A stretch of 63,744 bases of DNA, counting the filler, from Reticulomyxa filosa (Eukaryota; Protista; Foraminifera): NCBI GenBank assembly GCA_000512085.1. It is 19 parts of 19 records of this genome, joined end to end, with 100 filler letters (N's around TTAATTAATTAA, not from the genome) between each part and the next. Parts side by side here need not be neighbours in the genome. Positions count along the whole stretch, not along the records: positions 39,682 to 41,450 come from ASPP01016479.1; positions 41,551 to 43,528 come from ASPP01032889.1; positions 43,629 to 45,113 come from ASPP01044328.1; positions 45,214 to 49,641 come from ASPP01040779.1; positions 49,742 to 50,831 come from ASPP01013167.1; positions 50,932 to 56,204 come from ASPP01011517.1; 13 more parts are not named here. One strand, 5' to 3'. The notes below the pieces were generated by a model. That model was not told the origin of the DNA. It ran no database searches and was given only the letters and a program-made list of their open reading frames with translations. Within the stretch, counting starts at the first letter, position 1, and every line of letters begins with the position of its first letter. This document shows positions 39,886 through 53,459 of the stretch, in pieces. A program made the position numbers and the translations under genes.

Positions 39886-40748
39886 AGTAATTTAAAATTA
39901 TCAGTTTGAACTAAACGCCTTGTTTCCAACGAAAAAACCAATAAATTTTTTTTTGTTCATCCATATTTATATACTTTAATTTTTACAGCAAGGAGTGTCA
40001 AACACAATCTTAATTTGGATCCTTCAAATGTATCATTAATGAAAAAATAGATAAAAAATGATCAACAACAAAATTTCTGCAATTGATTTTCCTAGAATTA
40101 TCTAAAATACTTTATTGCTGAAATTTGAAGAATACGAAAACACAGTTTGTAATAAAAACTCCTTTCGAATTCAAACCCCATAATTAATCGTGAAGTAATA
40201 CATATATTTCTAAAGAAATCACTCAATTCACCGTTTTTCTTTTTCACAGTTCTTAAATGACAAAGCAATCAACAAGCTAGCTTTTACGGGATCTCATTTC
40301 ATCATTAAGAAAAAAAATTACTCAAAGACTGTACTAGCGTCAAGTTTTTACATTTAACCCTTTGCTGCAATTGAAATTTGAACTGAAAATTCCTAACGTT
40401 TTCCCTTTTTGTGTAAACAGCCAAGAAAAAACAAATTATTTAAATAAGAGCGAATATGTTACATTCGTTTTTTGCGCGAGGACAGCAATGAAATTTACAA
40501 ATAGTCTGTTTTTATTTTCATCTTTAACAACTAGTGGTTTATCTATTTCTCACGATTTCAGTATTTAGAGTATTTTATCTTTTTTAGCTTTTAAAAGTGG
40601 AATTTTGTGGCGTAAATTTTTTCAAATGGTGTAGTTTTTGTTATAAAAAAAAATTAGAGTTGGTCAACACAAAAATTCCACAAAAAACATCATAATCAAT
40701 TCATATACATAATATAACCAAGAACCAAAAAGAGCTTCAAGAAAAGAA

Positions 40749-41399
40749 ATGAGTAAAATTGAAGAGGAAAAAAGCAAAGAAGATGCGAAAGCGGACATGA
40801 AGTCAGTTCTTCAACAGCAGTTTTGCTTTGATAAAAATTGGATTTTACAATTGAACCAGCAGAAAGACATTCACGATATCATTTGTTTAATTTGTAAACA
40901 AGTTGCCAACAACCCAATGGAAATCAATTGTACTCAACACGAAAATATGGATGAATCATTAATTGTTGGGGAGAATTGCTTGAAACAATTTCTTAGTCAA
41001 AACCCAAATTCTTGTCCAGTCGAACCTCATGACAACTGTTTGTATTCTCAAGGCCGATTGGCGAAGCGATACATTAGTGAATTGGATGTGATATGTCCAC
41101 GGCAATTCGAACAAGAACAAGAGCAAGAACTACAAATGACAACCCAGCAAGGACATGGAGAAGGAGAAACTCCTGGACTTGTGAGTTGTGATTTTAAAGG
41201 AAAAGTGAAACAGGTGAATGACCATTTGGAAAATTCGTGCTGTCTACAAATGGTTAAGTGTTGGTTTGACTCATTTGGATGCAATCACACATGTTCAAAA
41301 TCTGTGATTCATGATCACTTAACTTCGAATATGAAATTGCATTTTGATTTGGTTGTCAAATCTTTTGATACATTACAACAGACTATTCGACTATATCAG
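40749..41399 (+). CDS. TRAF-type RING/zinc-finger protein, exon 1 (3' truncated)
   Basis: Degenerate RING ICLICKQVANNPMEINC...VGENCLKQFL...CPVEPH. TRAF zinc fingers CDFKGKVKQVNDHLENSC and VKCWFDSFGCNHTC...HDHLTSNMKLHFDL. Donor gtaatt at 41400. Confidence 0.85.
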
Positions 41400-41413
41400 G
41401 TAATTATTTATTA

Positions 41414-41450
<37 letters not shown>

Positions 41451-41671
41451 NNNNNNNNNNNNNNNNNNNNNNNNNNNNNNNNNNNNNNNNNNNNTTAATT
41501 AATTAANNNNNNNNNNNNNNNNNNNNNNNNNNNNNNNNNNNNNNNNNNNNCTTTGGGAGTTCCTCGTCAAGTCTGAGAAGCAGGACATTGCATTTAATTA
41601 AATATATATTTATTTATTTTATTTATATTCTTCATTTATTTATATAAATGTAAATTATTGAATATATAACA

Positions 41672-42070
41672 TACCGACAGATGTAATATTTGCTTTTTGG
41701 TTCAAAACTTTTGAGATTTTTTTCCTTTTGCACTTCTTGCACGCTGGATTTCTCCTTCGATTTGCTGCACAATCTGCTTGTAGTCGATACGGAGATGTGC
41801 GTTGTCCAACGCGTACTGCAGTATCTTTGATTTACAAATTGCTCCAACCTAGTAATTTATTTCATTTCCAATTGACAATGATGGTGTTTATTTAAATTCT
41901 TTTCTGTTTCTTTTTGTTTGTCGATTTGAAGAAGAACAAGCCATAGTGTTATCAATACGATCCAAGTACTTTTCATACTGTACATACCAAAGTTAGTCAG
42001 GTTGAGAAGTTCCATACCATAGACGAGCCCCAAAATTGTCATTGCGAGCCATCATGTCGTTATGATTGTT
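41672..42070 (-). pseudogene. Degraded coding remnant, unknown family
   Basis: One frame reads MMARNDNFGARLWYGTSQPD*LWYVQYEKYLDRIDNT...ILQYALDNAHLRIDYKQIVQQIEGEIQRAR with scattered stops. Confidence 0.3.
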
Positions 42071-42488
42071 TTTTTTGATTTTGATGAGATAAAGTGATAT
42101 TAACTAGTGAACATTTTTGACTCTTCGAACGAATACTGATAATAATAATGACTTGGATACATTCATTATCTTTGAGAGGCAAAACACAACTTTCTTTAAT
42201 TATTTGATGAAAGTTTTTTTTTCAAAAGGAAAAAATATTTGTAAGTATTTAGGATTTTTTTAAACATTTGACAAAAATAATTCACAAACAAATAACTTAC
42301 TTTTTGAAAGTTAAAAGTTAAAAATTCATAGTCTATCTGAATGAAATTAATTACAAACAGCGTAAACAGTATTTACACGCACATTTTTCATTAGATGTTT
42401 ATTTTTATAATTATTGAAAAAAAATAATAAATTGCCATTCTTTTTTTTTATCGTATCGATTTTTTTGTTTCAGGGTATCTTAAGTGAC

Positions 42489-43400
42489 ATGTCGCATGAT
42501 TATTACAAAATTTAGAAGTATCACGTGATGTGGACACAGCAACTATTCTCAAACAGTACAGACTACTGTACAAGAAACACCATCCGGATCGTAATCGAGA
42601 CAATGAAAAACAAGCAACTGAGAAATTTCAACAGCTTTCAGAAGCTACTGATGTCTTAAGAGACCTCCAAAGACGAGCAATTTATGACAAATATGGTATA
42701 TCGTGACTAAAAAGTAATGGTACATTTCCAACCGATATGACAAAAGATTTATTTGACATGGTATTTAAAGAAGACAAAGAAAATGACAACTCTTGTGTAC
42801 TGTCCCGCATTACAATGGATTTAACATTACAAGATTGCTACAATGGCGTGAAAAAAATAACTGAATTTGATTATGGATATAATTGTCCTTTATGTAGCAG
42901 CGGAAAACACGAAATGCATTATACAAAATGTTCTGAAAAAGGTATAATTAAAATACTAATTGCAGACGATGACAAAAAGAGTGAGAATGAATTATATGAG
43001 AAAAAGAGAACTTTACCTTGTTGTGTTTGCAACGGTAAATGTAAAATCAAAAGATGCATTAAAACTTGTTCTGGTAAATTAACAGAACGTGTAACAGTTA
43101 ATTTATATTTTGTTATGAATAAAGTAAAATAGAGTCATTTACAACAAAAAACGAATAATAAATGATATACAACAGGACCTAAAAGTCCAAATACTAGAAG
43201 AATCATTAGATCGTGATGTTATACGTACAAAATATACATGTCAAAAAAGTCAGATCGACATATTGTATGTAAATGGTACAATAAATATAAGATCAATGCA
43301 ATAATTTATACCTAATCAAACATATAAAAATTAGTTTATTGAATACGTTTGGTGGTGGTAATGCAACTGTAAATCATTTTGGTCAAACATTATCTATCAA
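42489..43400 (+). pseudogene. DnaJ/Hsp40 (type I-like) pseudogene
   Basis: MSHDYYKI, then a frameshift to EVSRDVD...YKKHHPDRNRDNEKQATEKFQQLSEATDVLRDLQRRAIYDKYGIS*. Also LTLQDCYNG and degenerate CxxCxGxG fingers (CPLCSSG, CCVCNGKC). Confidence 0.85.
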
Positions 43401-44447
43401 ATATGATTTTGCTGTTATTCAAAATAATGAATATTATAGAGTTGATGATAAATGACTTCCAGCTCTTTACATGCTTGAATATTATTTGAGCCTGCATGAT
43501 ATTATATCTTAAATCCTTTCTATATTTTNNNNNNNNNNNNNNNNNNNNNNNNNNNNNNNNNNNNNNNNNNNNTTAATTAATTAANNNNNNNNNNNNNNNN
43601 NNNNNNNNNNNNNNNNNNNNNNNNNNNNACGTACAAGAGAAAGGAACAAAAGACTAGAAAGAAAAAGAGGAAGTAGAGTCTGAATTCAATGAAGCAATGA
43701 GAATAAAAATAACAGTAATATTGGTTATTGGAAGTTGGTAAGATGCGCAAGTTCTTTGGACATGAAAATGAATAAAGGACTCTGGATTCCAGAAAAGGCA
43801 AAAGAAGGTAATAAAAAAACGAATAGTAAAACAAGAGTTTAAAAAAAAAAAAACAAATGGAATTCCACCCTGCCAAACGCATTTCCACAAACAAAGATTG
43901 CTATCTTCTGAGCCAGAGAAGTTATTTTTATGATATTGAGAAATGTAGTTTCCACAACCGAATAGTTTTGTCATTTGAAGCTGATCCCGTTTTAAATCAG
44001 GCGAAAATTGTATACTTCAGGTACGTATAATACATTCATATACGTCATCTCAAAAAAAAGGCTCACTAATTATGTACATGCCCTTTCCTTTTTTTTTTGA
44101 CCTTGTCCAAAGTGATCTATTTTTTTTAATTGATCTCGAGTTGACAACAGTGCCACAGGACAATGAATTCCTTTATGTAGATATTTTTTATTGTTTTTTT
44201 TGTGGTCTTTTTTAAGTTGTAACGGAAAAACGAAACATAACTTGCAAACTTAAATTCACATTAATAACCAATGATACCATAATCACGACAGATTATTTCC
44301 AAAAAAGATTATCTTCGCTTGTTTTGTGTTTTTGCAATACACGCCAGCTGACAAAAAAAAATTGTTTGAAAAGTTACAAAGGGAAGCGAGAGAAAAAGTA
44401 TATGAAGAAAAAAAAAATAAAGTAATTTACACGCTTACTTCACAGAT

Positions 44448-45090
44448 TTATTTGACAGCCGATTGCAATTGTTGGAAGAAAGAGTAAAACATTGCAGGCA
44501 TTGGATAGTGAGAATTTATTTGCTTTTTGGTGACTGGGTGCTCAAACTCTAACAAATGGGTGTATTGTGCATGAACATCATTTCTGTTCCAATTATATTC
44601 ATATGTGTTTGCAGTAGAGCCAAACAATAATATTTCAATTTGCAAATCCCAATGTTTGGGAACTTCGTTTCGACAATAGAGTTTGTCACCCACCACTCTT
44701 AATCCAAGTACTGTGATTGCAAGTGTATTTGATGTGTTCTTGACGCTTCCATGTCACAATTAACACAACATAGCACATGTTCCTCCATGTTGTAACAATT
44801 GAAAGAAATGAAAAAAACGTCGATGAGCTTCTCCGTCAAAGGTTTTAATACATGTACGCAATAATGTTTGACATCTTTCACCATGTTGAGTTCAAAATTT
44901 TTTAACCTGGAAAAAACTGAGCAAACAGGACGACAAGGATTGACAATATGTTTATTAAGTTTTTGTTTTTCCATCCTCCACGCCATAATTTTTATTTAAT
45001 TTGAGCAAGATCAAAGCATCCCACTCCACAGTGCAACCAATTTTATTTTCGTTAAAAAATCCTGCATTGAAAACCAATTTATTTCTTCTT
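44448..45090 (-). pseudogene. RluA-family pseudouridine synthase C-terminal remnant
   Basis: SRTHQIHLQSQYL, VGDKLY and HAQYTHLLEFEHPVTKKQI...PMP match RluA motifs GRTHQIR, IVGDxLY and LHAxxLxFxHP. The frame is broken between them. Confidence 0.7.
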
Positions 45091-45213
45091 GGTGCTACGT
45101 GATATATGTATATNNNNNNNNNNNNNNNNNNNNNNNNNNNNNNNNNNNNNNNNNNNNTTAATTAATTAANNNNNNNNNNNNNNNNNNNNNNNNNNNNNNN
45201 NNNNNNNNNNNNN

Positions 45214-48200
45214 TTATCATATGTTAGCACATAATGTTCGAAATCTTTATCACATTTTTTTTGGATATTCTCTCTCTTTTCTTCTGGAACATTAACAGCA
45301 CGAAACAGAAATTCCATTCTTTTCTTTTTTTCTTCTTCATTCCATTCATTATTTGTTTCCTGTTCCCAAGATATAGCAGGACAATTTATTTTTTTTAAGG
45401 GTTCCAATCTTCTGTTGTTTAATTGATCTTTTTTTGCAGCCAATAAGGAAAGGCTTCCTATTTCCATGTGTTCAAACAAATTTTAATAAAGAAAATAGGT
45501 AAATGTATTGGAAAAGATAAAAAAGTACATAACACACCATCTTGATTGACCAAATACAATAAATCTTTCGATTGTTTCCATTTTTCACACAAATAAAATT
45601 GTGAATTATATGTTGTTTTGGTCTCTTCTTCATTATACGAATAAAAACACAAGTCTTTGGCAAATTCAATTGCACATTTTGTCGCTTCGTGTCGAAATGG
45701 AATACATTCGTTCAAAAGGAATCTCGAGTTGGCCAACACCTCAAATTGTGTGAACAAATAATTGAAGAACATTTTGATATGCCACCGACTGAGTGTTGCC
45801 AACTCAGGGAAATGCTCATTCATAAGCTGGTTAATTTCTGTGACACTCAAATCGGATCTTTCGGCACTAATATCTGCAGATGAAGTAAGAAGGATTTGAA
45901 GAAAATGTGTTACAAAATTGGATTGCCTATCGTTTTTTATTTGTTTATTTATCAAAAAAAAAATCTCGACAAACCTCAAAAGTTCTTTCTTGTTGTTGGA
46001 AACTTTTCAAAACTTCAGTTTTCCTGTAAAAAATTCTTCCATCCATTTGATGCTGGACCGGCCTTTGTCTCCAACATCGAATGCAGGGAGTTTTGATTTC
46101 ACTTGCAATCGCGTGTTGAAAAATAAGGTGTAAAAAAAATTGTGTAGTGTGCCCGAAAACATATCGAGTTTGCAAGGGATCTCAATGAAAAAGATCATGT
46201 TTGGATTGACATGGAAGCTGCAATTCATAGCGTCAATGTGTTGTAAATACAACAATTGGAAAAAGAAGTCATTGATATCTTTATTAACACAAGAGGATAC
46301 ATCAATATGATACACAATCCAATTATCTTTGAAATAATTGAAATTTGTTATCCTCTTTTCTACACCAGTAATGCTATCTTTGGATGCACTGTTGACTTGG
46401 CATGGATGATATTTCCATAATGTCTTGACAATACCTTCCCAGTCAATATTAGCACTGTTGAAGCGTACGCGAACACTTTGTACTCTATTAATATGTTGTC
46501 GCAAATATTGAATATCTCGCTGGATTTTCCAACTTTTACCCGAGCCGACTTTTGTGGATTCGTACAACTGCACTCTATAAAAAGAACGACCTCGTGCATT
46601 TGCAGGGGATATGTCAATTTTTTGTGAATACAAGGCCTCGTTAATATAAAATTGATGGTTATTCAGTTCACCGGAGGCGTTCCACTCCAATCCTCGCAAG
46701 AAGTAAGATAATGCGTTATCACGATTTGAGGATATCACTGCGAACAAATACAATTGTATTCGTCGGGATCTTGATGGCTCAAAAAAGTATTTTTGAAAAA
46801 GATTTACTACTTTCTCCAATATTCTTGTTTGTAATTTTTCTGGCCAAACTAAGCAATACAATGGTGTCTTGGAATTTATACCCATTGCGTTCACATATAG
46901 TAATGCTCGCAACATCAAACATTCCACTTCCTCTTCTGTTGTCGTCTCCTTACACAAAAGTACATGCTCAGCTCGAGGTACCAATCCAATGGATTCATAT
47001 AAACTCAACATCGAAAATAGTTTATTGTTATGATTGGCGATGACCAAGTTAGGCCTCCCTGATTTTAATGATGATAATATGGAAAAGGAATTGGGTGCTG
47101 TTTCATTGTTTTTTGATTCCATCCAAACTTGGGAAAAAATACGTCCAAGTTCTTGTAGTGGTCGCATATCTTTGCTATTCTGATCTTTCCATTCATGTAA
47201 CACTTGAGATGCATCCTGTAATTGATAATCTAATCTTTGTAAGAAAGGTACAATATACTTGGATGCTAATATATCCCAATATTGGGGTTTATGTGCTTTG
47301 ATATGATTCAAATCTTTAACCAATTGTTGGATTTCATTCATTGTAAAGTATGTTAAACATGGATAGTCGTGTCGCAATTTGATACACGCTTTATTCCACC
47401 GGTTCAATGTTTCCATCCACTTATTTTGTTGGCCCTCAAAGTTTGGAATGGGATTACTTGCCGCTAAATTCAGATTATCTCGGAATGAAATACCTCCTTT
47501 TTCCCAATAATCCATTCGAATGGCATAAATATCTTTGCAAATTTCAAATTGTGAAATGATCGTTTCAATATCTTTCTTTTCTTCACTTGTCAAACCAAGT
47601 TTTAGTAGATCTATGGAATGTTCTATCTCTTCACAAGTCAATTTGTTACTTCCAAACTGAAGTGTCAATCCCTCATATTTGCCATTTTTTAAACATGAGT
47701 TTGCAGAATAAATGGTATTGTAATCATTAAACAGCCAGTTTCCTTGTTGACGTGCTTGTACAAACTCATCTTTTTTTTTTTGAACCATCGCGTCATCACT
47801 CATGATACGAAGAAGAGCATGGAGATCCACTTTCAAACATTGTTTCAATTGCATTACAAATGTTTTATTTTCTTTCACAATTGTAAGTATTGTCTTGGCA
47901 AGTGTGCATATCTCTTTGAAATCTGCATTCCATATTTTTTCTTGCAGTGGTTGATTGACATTACACAATGGTTCAATCAATTGATGGAAATTTTCAGTAT
48001 CACAATTCTTCAATTTCTCCAACGCAGCGCTAAACATTTCGTTGTTCGTAAACACTTGATCACTTGCAACTATTTGAATTTTTTGCTCATCGTATTTGAT
48101 CAATTCGAAAATGTGGACATATTCTTTAATATCTCCAAAGTATTTCACACACCAATTGTAATTGCGGATTGCATCTTCAATTGGCATTTCAGCATTGTCA

Positions 48201-49641
48201 TCCAGTAATTGTTTACTCATATTTATCTTTTCTTGCAATATTTTCCACTCTTTATCATCTATTATTTCATCCTTTTTTTTATGATATTTCCGAATTATCT
48301 CTATGCATTGCTTAAATTTTTGCCATGTTTCATGCAGTTGCTTCAATTCCTTATGTTTCTCTTCCCGTTGTTCAAGAGACTTGATTTATCACAAACAAAA
48401 AGAAAATTTTTTTTCAATATAAAATGTCATTGACTCTTTTTGAAATAAAAGTTACCTTTCCCTCTTGTTTGCATTGCAAATCAGCATGTTCAAAAACTTC
48501 CATAAAATCGATCAAGACATCTGGATTTGAACTGATATCACTTGTTTTGGAACTCTCATTGTAACACAAAATAACAAAATTGTATCCGTTTGTACAATAG
48601 TCCCAAGTGAATAACTGTTGTGGAAAAAAATTTAATTCATCTGAAAAAAAATATGTGCTTTGCAAATAATCTTTGATCAATTTTGATGGCTGCGTTTCAA
48701 CTCTGTTTTCTTTTTTTGCCACATGTCTCCATGCTGTCATTATCCTCCGAATTATTTTTTTGGTTGTCTTTTCAACAAAATGAGACAATTGCTTTTCTAA
48801 ATCTGGTGTTAGTTCCAATTGATTGGATTGAAATTTCATTTTTAAACATTTCAAATCCTGGAATTGTTCCTTGTAATTATTCCATTTAATGCGAAATGCT
48901 TGATTTGGTTCTCGATCAATCATTATCTGAAGCTCATCTTGGAAACACTCCAATACTTTTATTTCATTTTCGATTTCAGAAATTTGATGATCCTTTGCAT
49001 TTTTCAGAAAGTTATGTAATGACTTCAAGTCGCTCGGAACTTTTTTTAAATATTTCATGGATAAAAGCTGTCGAAGGATGGTCTCCAATTTTTTGAGTTT
49101 GTCAAACTTTTCCATTGTTTTTGACCATTTTTGTTGATCAAATAAATGTCCAGCTAATTCTTTGATATGTGCCTCATTTTCATTTTCTTTGAGAAGTTCG
49201 TAAAGTGTAAAGCTGATTTTGCTAGTTGATATCACTTTCGTCAAACTTTCCAATGTGTCCTGAATAAACTTCCATATATTGCAAAGGATATCGATATTTT
49301 GATGATTGATAAAAATCTCTTTCCATTCAACGTATGAAATACATTTTTGCAATTGGGTGATCAATACATTCATTTGTATCGACTCATTGATAATAGGTGG
49401 ATGTTCGGAATACTTTTCTTCTTTTTTATCAGAGTCATCATCAAACGGAGGCATTTTTCTATCAGATGACAACAACATCAAAGATTATATTGTGTTATCT
49501 TAAACATTACAAAAGAAAAAACTGTTGCATCGAGTGTTTGAAAATTAGTGATAAAAACCAATTCCATTTGGACAAATCCCAAGGCGGTTTGCTAATACAA
49601 ACTTTCAACTCGTTGCGATCTTTGTCAGTCCAACATTCGTT
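45214..49641 (-). CDS. RNF213/mysterin-like giant AAA+ ATPase, internal fragment (multi-exon, both ends truncated)
   Basis: Colinear RNF213-type motifs: LRHDYPCLTYFTMNEI; GRPNLVI...LSLYES...PRAEHVLLCKETTTEEEVECLMLRAL; Walker A ESTKVGSGKS; VYHIDVSSCVNKDINDFFFQLLYLQ; FFIEIP; LSRWHIKMFFNYLFTQF; HYVLTYD. Confidence 0.82.
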
Positions 49642-49741
49642 NNNNNNNNNNNNNNNNNNNNNNNNNNNNNNNNNNNNNNNNNNNNTTAATTAATTAANNN
49701 NNNNNNNNNNNNNNNNNNNNNNNNNNNNNNNNNNNNNNNNN

Positions 49742-50831
49742 ATCGCCACCAATAGCGGCAAGTTCGACGTAATGATGATCGGCACCTACGAAGCCCCGCT
49801 GTGGGCGAAGAAGGGCTGGCTGAACCCGATGGACAACCTGGCACCCGAGTACGACCTGAACGACGTGGTGAAAACCGCGCGTGACGGCCTGTCCTACGGC
49901 GGCAAGCTGTACGCACTGCCGTTCTACGTCGAAAGCTCGATGACCTTCTACCGCAAGGACCTGTTTGCCAAACTGGGCCTGACCATGCCGGAGAAGCCGA
50001 CCTACACCCAGATTGCCGACTACGCCAAAGTGCTGAAGGAAAAAGGCGGAGTGTACGGTATCTGCCTGCGCGGCAAAGCCGGCTGGGGTGAAAACATGGC
50101 CTACCTCACCACGCTGGTCAACGCCAACGGCGGCCGCTGGTTCGACGAAAACTGGAAAGCCACCATCGACAGCCCGGAATGGAAAAAGTCGGTGAGCTTC
50201 TACGTTGACCTGCTGAAGAAATACGGCCCGCCTGGTGCCAGCACCAACGGCTTCAACGAAAACCTGACCCTGTTTGCCAGCGGCAAGTGCGGCATGTGGA
50301 TCGACGCCACCGTGGCGGCCGGCATGCTGTTCAACCCGAAAGAATCGCAAGTGGCCGACAAGGTGGGTTTTGCCCAGGCGCCGACTGGCGTCACCGCCAA
50401 AGGCAGCAGCTGGCTGTGGTCGTGGGCGCTGGCGGTACCGAAGTCGTCCAAGCAGGATGACGCGGCCAAGAAGTTCGTGCAGTGGGCTACCTCCAAGGAG
50501 TACATCAAGCTGGTAGCCAACGATCTGGGCTGGACCTCCGTCCCGCCGGGTACCCGCATCTCCACCTACAACCAGCCGGAATACGTGAAGGCCGCACCGT
50601 TTGCCAAGTTCGTGCTGAGCGCCATCCAGTCTGCCAACCCCAACGATGCCACGCTGAAAAAAGCCCCGTATAGCGGCATCCAGTTTGTCGGCATTCCGGA
50701 ATTCCAATCCTTCGGCACCGTGGTAGGCCAGGCTATTTCAGGCGCACTGGCCGGCAATATGACGGTGGACGCTGCGCTGAAAGCCGGCCAAGCCACGGCC
50801 AACCGTGCCGTGATCCAGGGCGGTTACCAGA
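49742..50831 (+). CDS. Bacterial polyol/sugar ABC transporter substrate-binding protein (SmoE/MtlE-like, sorbitol/mannitol); both ends truncated
   Basis: GC-rich and intronless, open from the contig start: IATNSGKFDVMMIGTYEAPLWAKKGWL...LYALPFYVESSMTFYRKDLF...GICLRGKAGWGENMA...WLWSWALAVP...PYSGIQFVGIPEFQSFGT. Confidence 0.92.
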
Positions 50832-51131
50832 NNNNNNNNNNNNNNNNNNNNNNNNNNNNNNNNNNNNNNNNNNNNTTAATTAATTAANNNNNNNNNNNNN
50901 NNNNNNNNNNNNNNNNNNNNNNNNNNNNNNNGCCACGTTATTTTGTTTTTTAAGTTTGTGTTCTGTTTTTTTTTGTTTTTTTTTCCTTTCTCCCAAAGGG
51001 GGGAAAGGGAGTTCATTATGTTGGATTTTTGGAACAAGTTTTGAAGTTGTTAATAATTAAATTACAATCACAAAAAAAAAAAAGGGGAGGGGGGGGTGGA
51101 TCGAAAAAACGCAACTCAAAAAAAAAATAGG

Positions 51132-52442
51132 GCAAAGTTTACGCACACTGGACTATTGATGGTGAACCCCCGAAGTCGCGACGAAAATGAGAAAGAGAAA
51201 AAAAGGTTTGCGAAATTGGGCGTGGAAATGAGCATCGTCGACAAGGAGACACTAAAAGAGAGATTTCCCTGTATCAGTTCGGACATTGGCGAGTTTGACA
51301 ACACTGGAGAACGAGAGTACATTCCTCGCGAAATGGCAAATGAAACATTGTTATTAACATTTTGTCTATTTGTTTTGTATGCTATACTTTTTTTTTTTTT
51401 TAAAAAAAACAAAAACAAAAAAAAACGTATACGTAAAGTTTATTTGAAGAAGCAGTGGGGTACTTTGAACCGGTGCAAGCATTGGTTGATTTACAACATT
51501 GTATCCGAACGCATTACGCATCTCGTGTGGAGTTGCATTACAACACGGAAGTGACGGAAGTGTTGCACCACGGAGGACACGTGACAGGGGTGACAGTGAG
51601 AAACCGCACTGACAAACAGAAGCACACGATCTATAGCGACACTGTGATCAATTGCAATGGCCCTTGGTACGAACGCGTGGTCAACGAAATGTTGAACGGG
51701 TTGGACATCAAGTTCACCATCAAGCCCGTTCGCATCCAGGTTTGTTTCAAAGATGTCCCCCAATTGTTCCATCCGGACCTGCTTCACAAATATCATCTCC
51801 GTGTTCCCGTCCCTGTCATCGCCGACACGCTTACTGGGATTTATATGAGACCACAGGTCAGTCAGTGTTCTTCAAACACAAAATATAACATAACATAATA
51901 TATTTTTGTTTGTTAATGAATTTTGTGTCGTTGATATTTTTAAACTTTGGAAATGTTGGAAACATAACAAATATTGTTATGTTGATATACATGTATGTAT
52001 ATGTAAGGTGAACTCAAAACAAATATTGTTTTCAACGATTAAAGAAGAGGAGGAAAGAGATGTAATCAACCCCGATGAGTGTCCTGTCGAACTCGGTGCG
52101 GACCCTGACATGAGAGACAAATACTTGCATAGCTTTTATCATCGCTTGTCGCCGGTGCTGGACCCGAGCCAGCCGGGCTCTCAGAAAGTACAGTCGCTGA
52201 GTGGCATGTACACTGTCAACGAAGAGGATGCACATCCCATTATTGGAGAAACCAAATTGAAAGGCTTCTGGGTTGCCAATGCCTTCACTGGTCATGGGTT
52301 CAAAATTGCTCCGCAAGTTGGAAGCATTCTTGCAAGAAATATCACTCGCACCACTTTGCCTGATGACAGCACTGTCGATATCAACTTCTACTCACCTTAC
52401 AGGTCACCATTGCAACTTGCTGTAAAAAATGTGTTTGCTTAA
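51132..52442 (+). CDS. FAD-dependent oxidoreductase, DAO/sarcosine oxidase/glycine oxidase family (5' truncated; introns about 51350-51438 and 51857-52007)
   Basis: FTHTGLLMV, EEAVGYFEPVQAL, DTVINCNGPW, GIYMRPQ and SGMYTVNEEDAHPIIGETKLKGFWVANAFTGHGFKIAPQVG. Confidence 0.88.
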
Positions 52443-53459
52443 AAATTTATTTGTTCATCACACTGTAGAAAGAGATTACAATAATTAAAATAAAAGTTGA
52501 ATCAAAAAAAAAAAAAGGTATCTCTTTTTTTTCAATCTCACGCCAAAAATTTTACACAAACAATGTTTCTGGTGTCCGCTATGTAATTTTTGCTATCTTT
52601 TCGCTGTTTCTCTTTTTTCACCATTGTTGCATTTATTAAATTTCATGACGCATATAAGTTCTTAAATTAAACAAATTGCATTAATTTTTTTTAAGTCATC
52701 CAAAGCTACCACTTCTTCAGCATTCTCTTGTTCATACAACACAATACCAAAACAACTAACACAGCAACAAATTTTCACAACACTTGCCGTAAAAAAAGAC
52801 TTAAACATCATTTCAACCAATAACAACTCACAACTAACAAAAAAAATACATCAAGTAATCAAACACAAAATCAAAATAAATAAAAAACTTTTGCAAATTT
52901 TAACACCTTTTTTTTGACAGAAAATTTCTCATATCATCAAAATGTAGATTGATGAAATTGAAGGTTGTAGGAATAGTGAGGAGACTAAGTGTAATACGAA
53001 AGGAAACTTAGTTCCGAAAAGTAATTTCAGGAAAAAGAAAGCAAATTAACGAAAATAATTGCAACACAACGAAAGGAAACAACTAAATAACTAGACAAAA
53101 TGAGTAGTATTGTTAAGAAGGTTTAACCCACAGGGGGTCACAGTTCCTTTATTTGAACTTGTATAATAGAGCTTTACCCTACAAGGTAGTTAAAAGTGAT
53201 AAATGGAAGTGAATGGAGTGGATTTGTGGAAAGGGAATTGATTGAAACACCTAGTTGTATTTGTTCAAAACCTTGTGTTTTTTTATTATACTTTTTTCAT
53301 TTGACTTTTTATTTTTATATTTGTATTTGTGAATAAATTTTTTTTATTGTTACGTTTTTTAAAAATTTTTGAATACTATTTAAATTGCAGAATTTATGTT
53401 TTTATTTAATATTGTACAAATATTATTTTTATTTTTAATATATAATTATAAATTTTAAC

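Noticed and set aside
49686-50802. Antisense and alternate-frame ORFs on the bacterial contig (e.g. the 337-aa minus ORF)
   Set aside because: Shadow ORFs caused by high GC3 in the real plus-strand gene.
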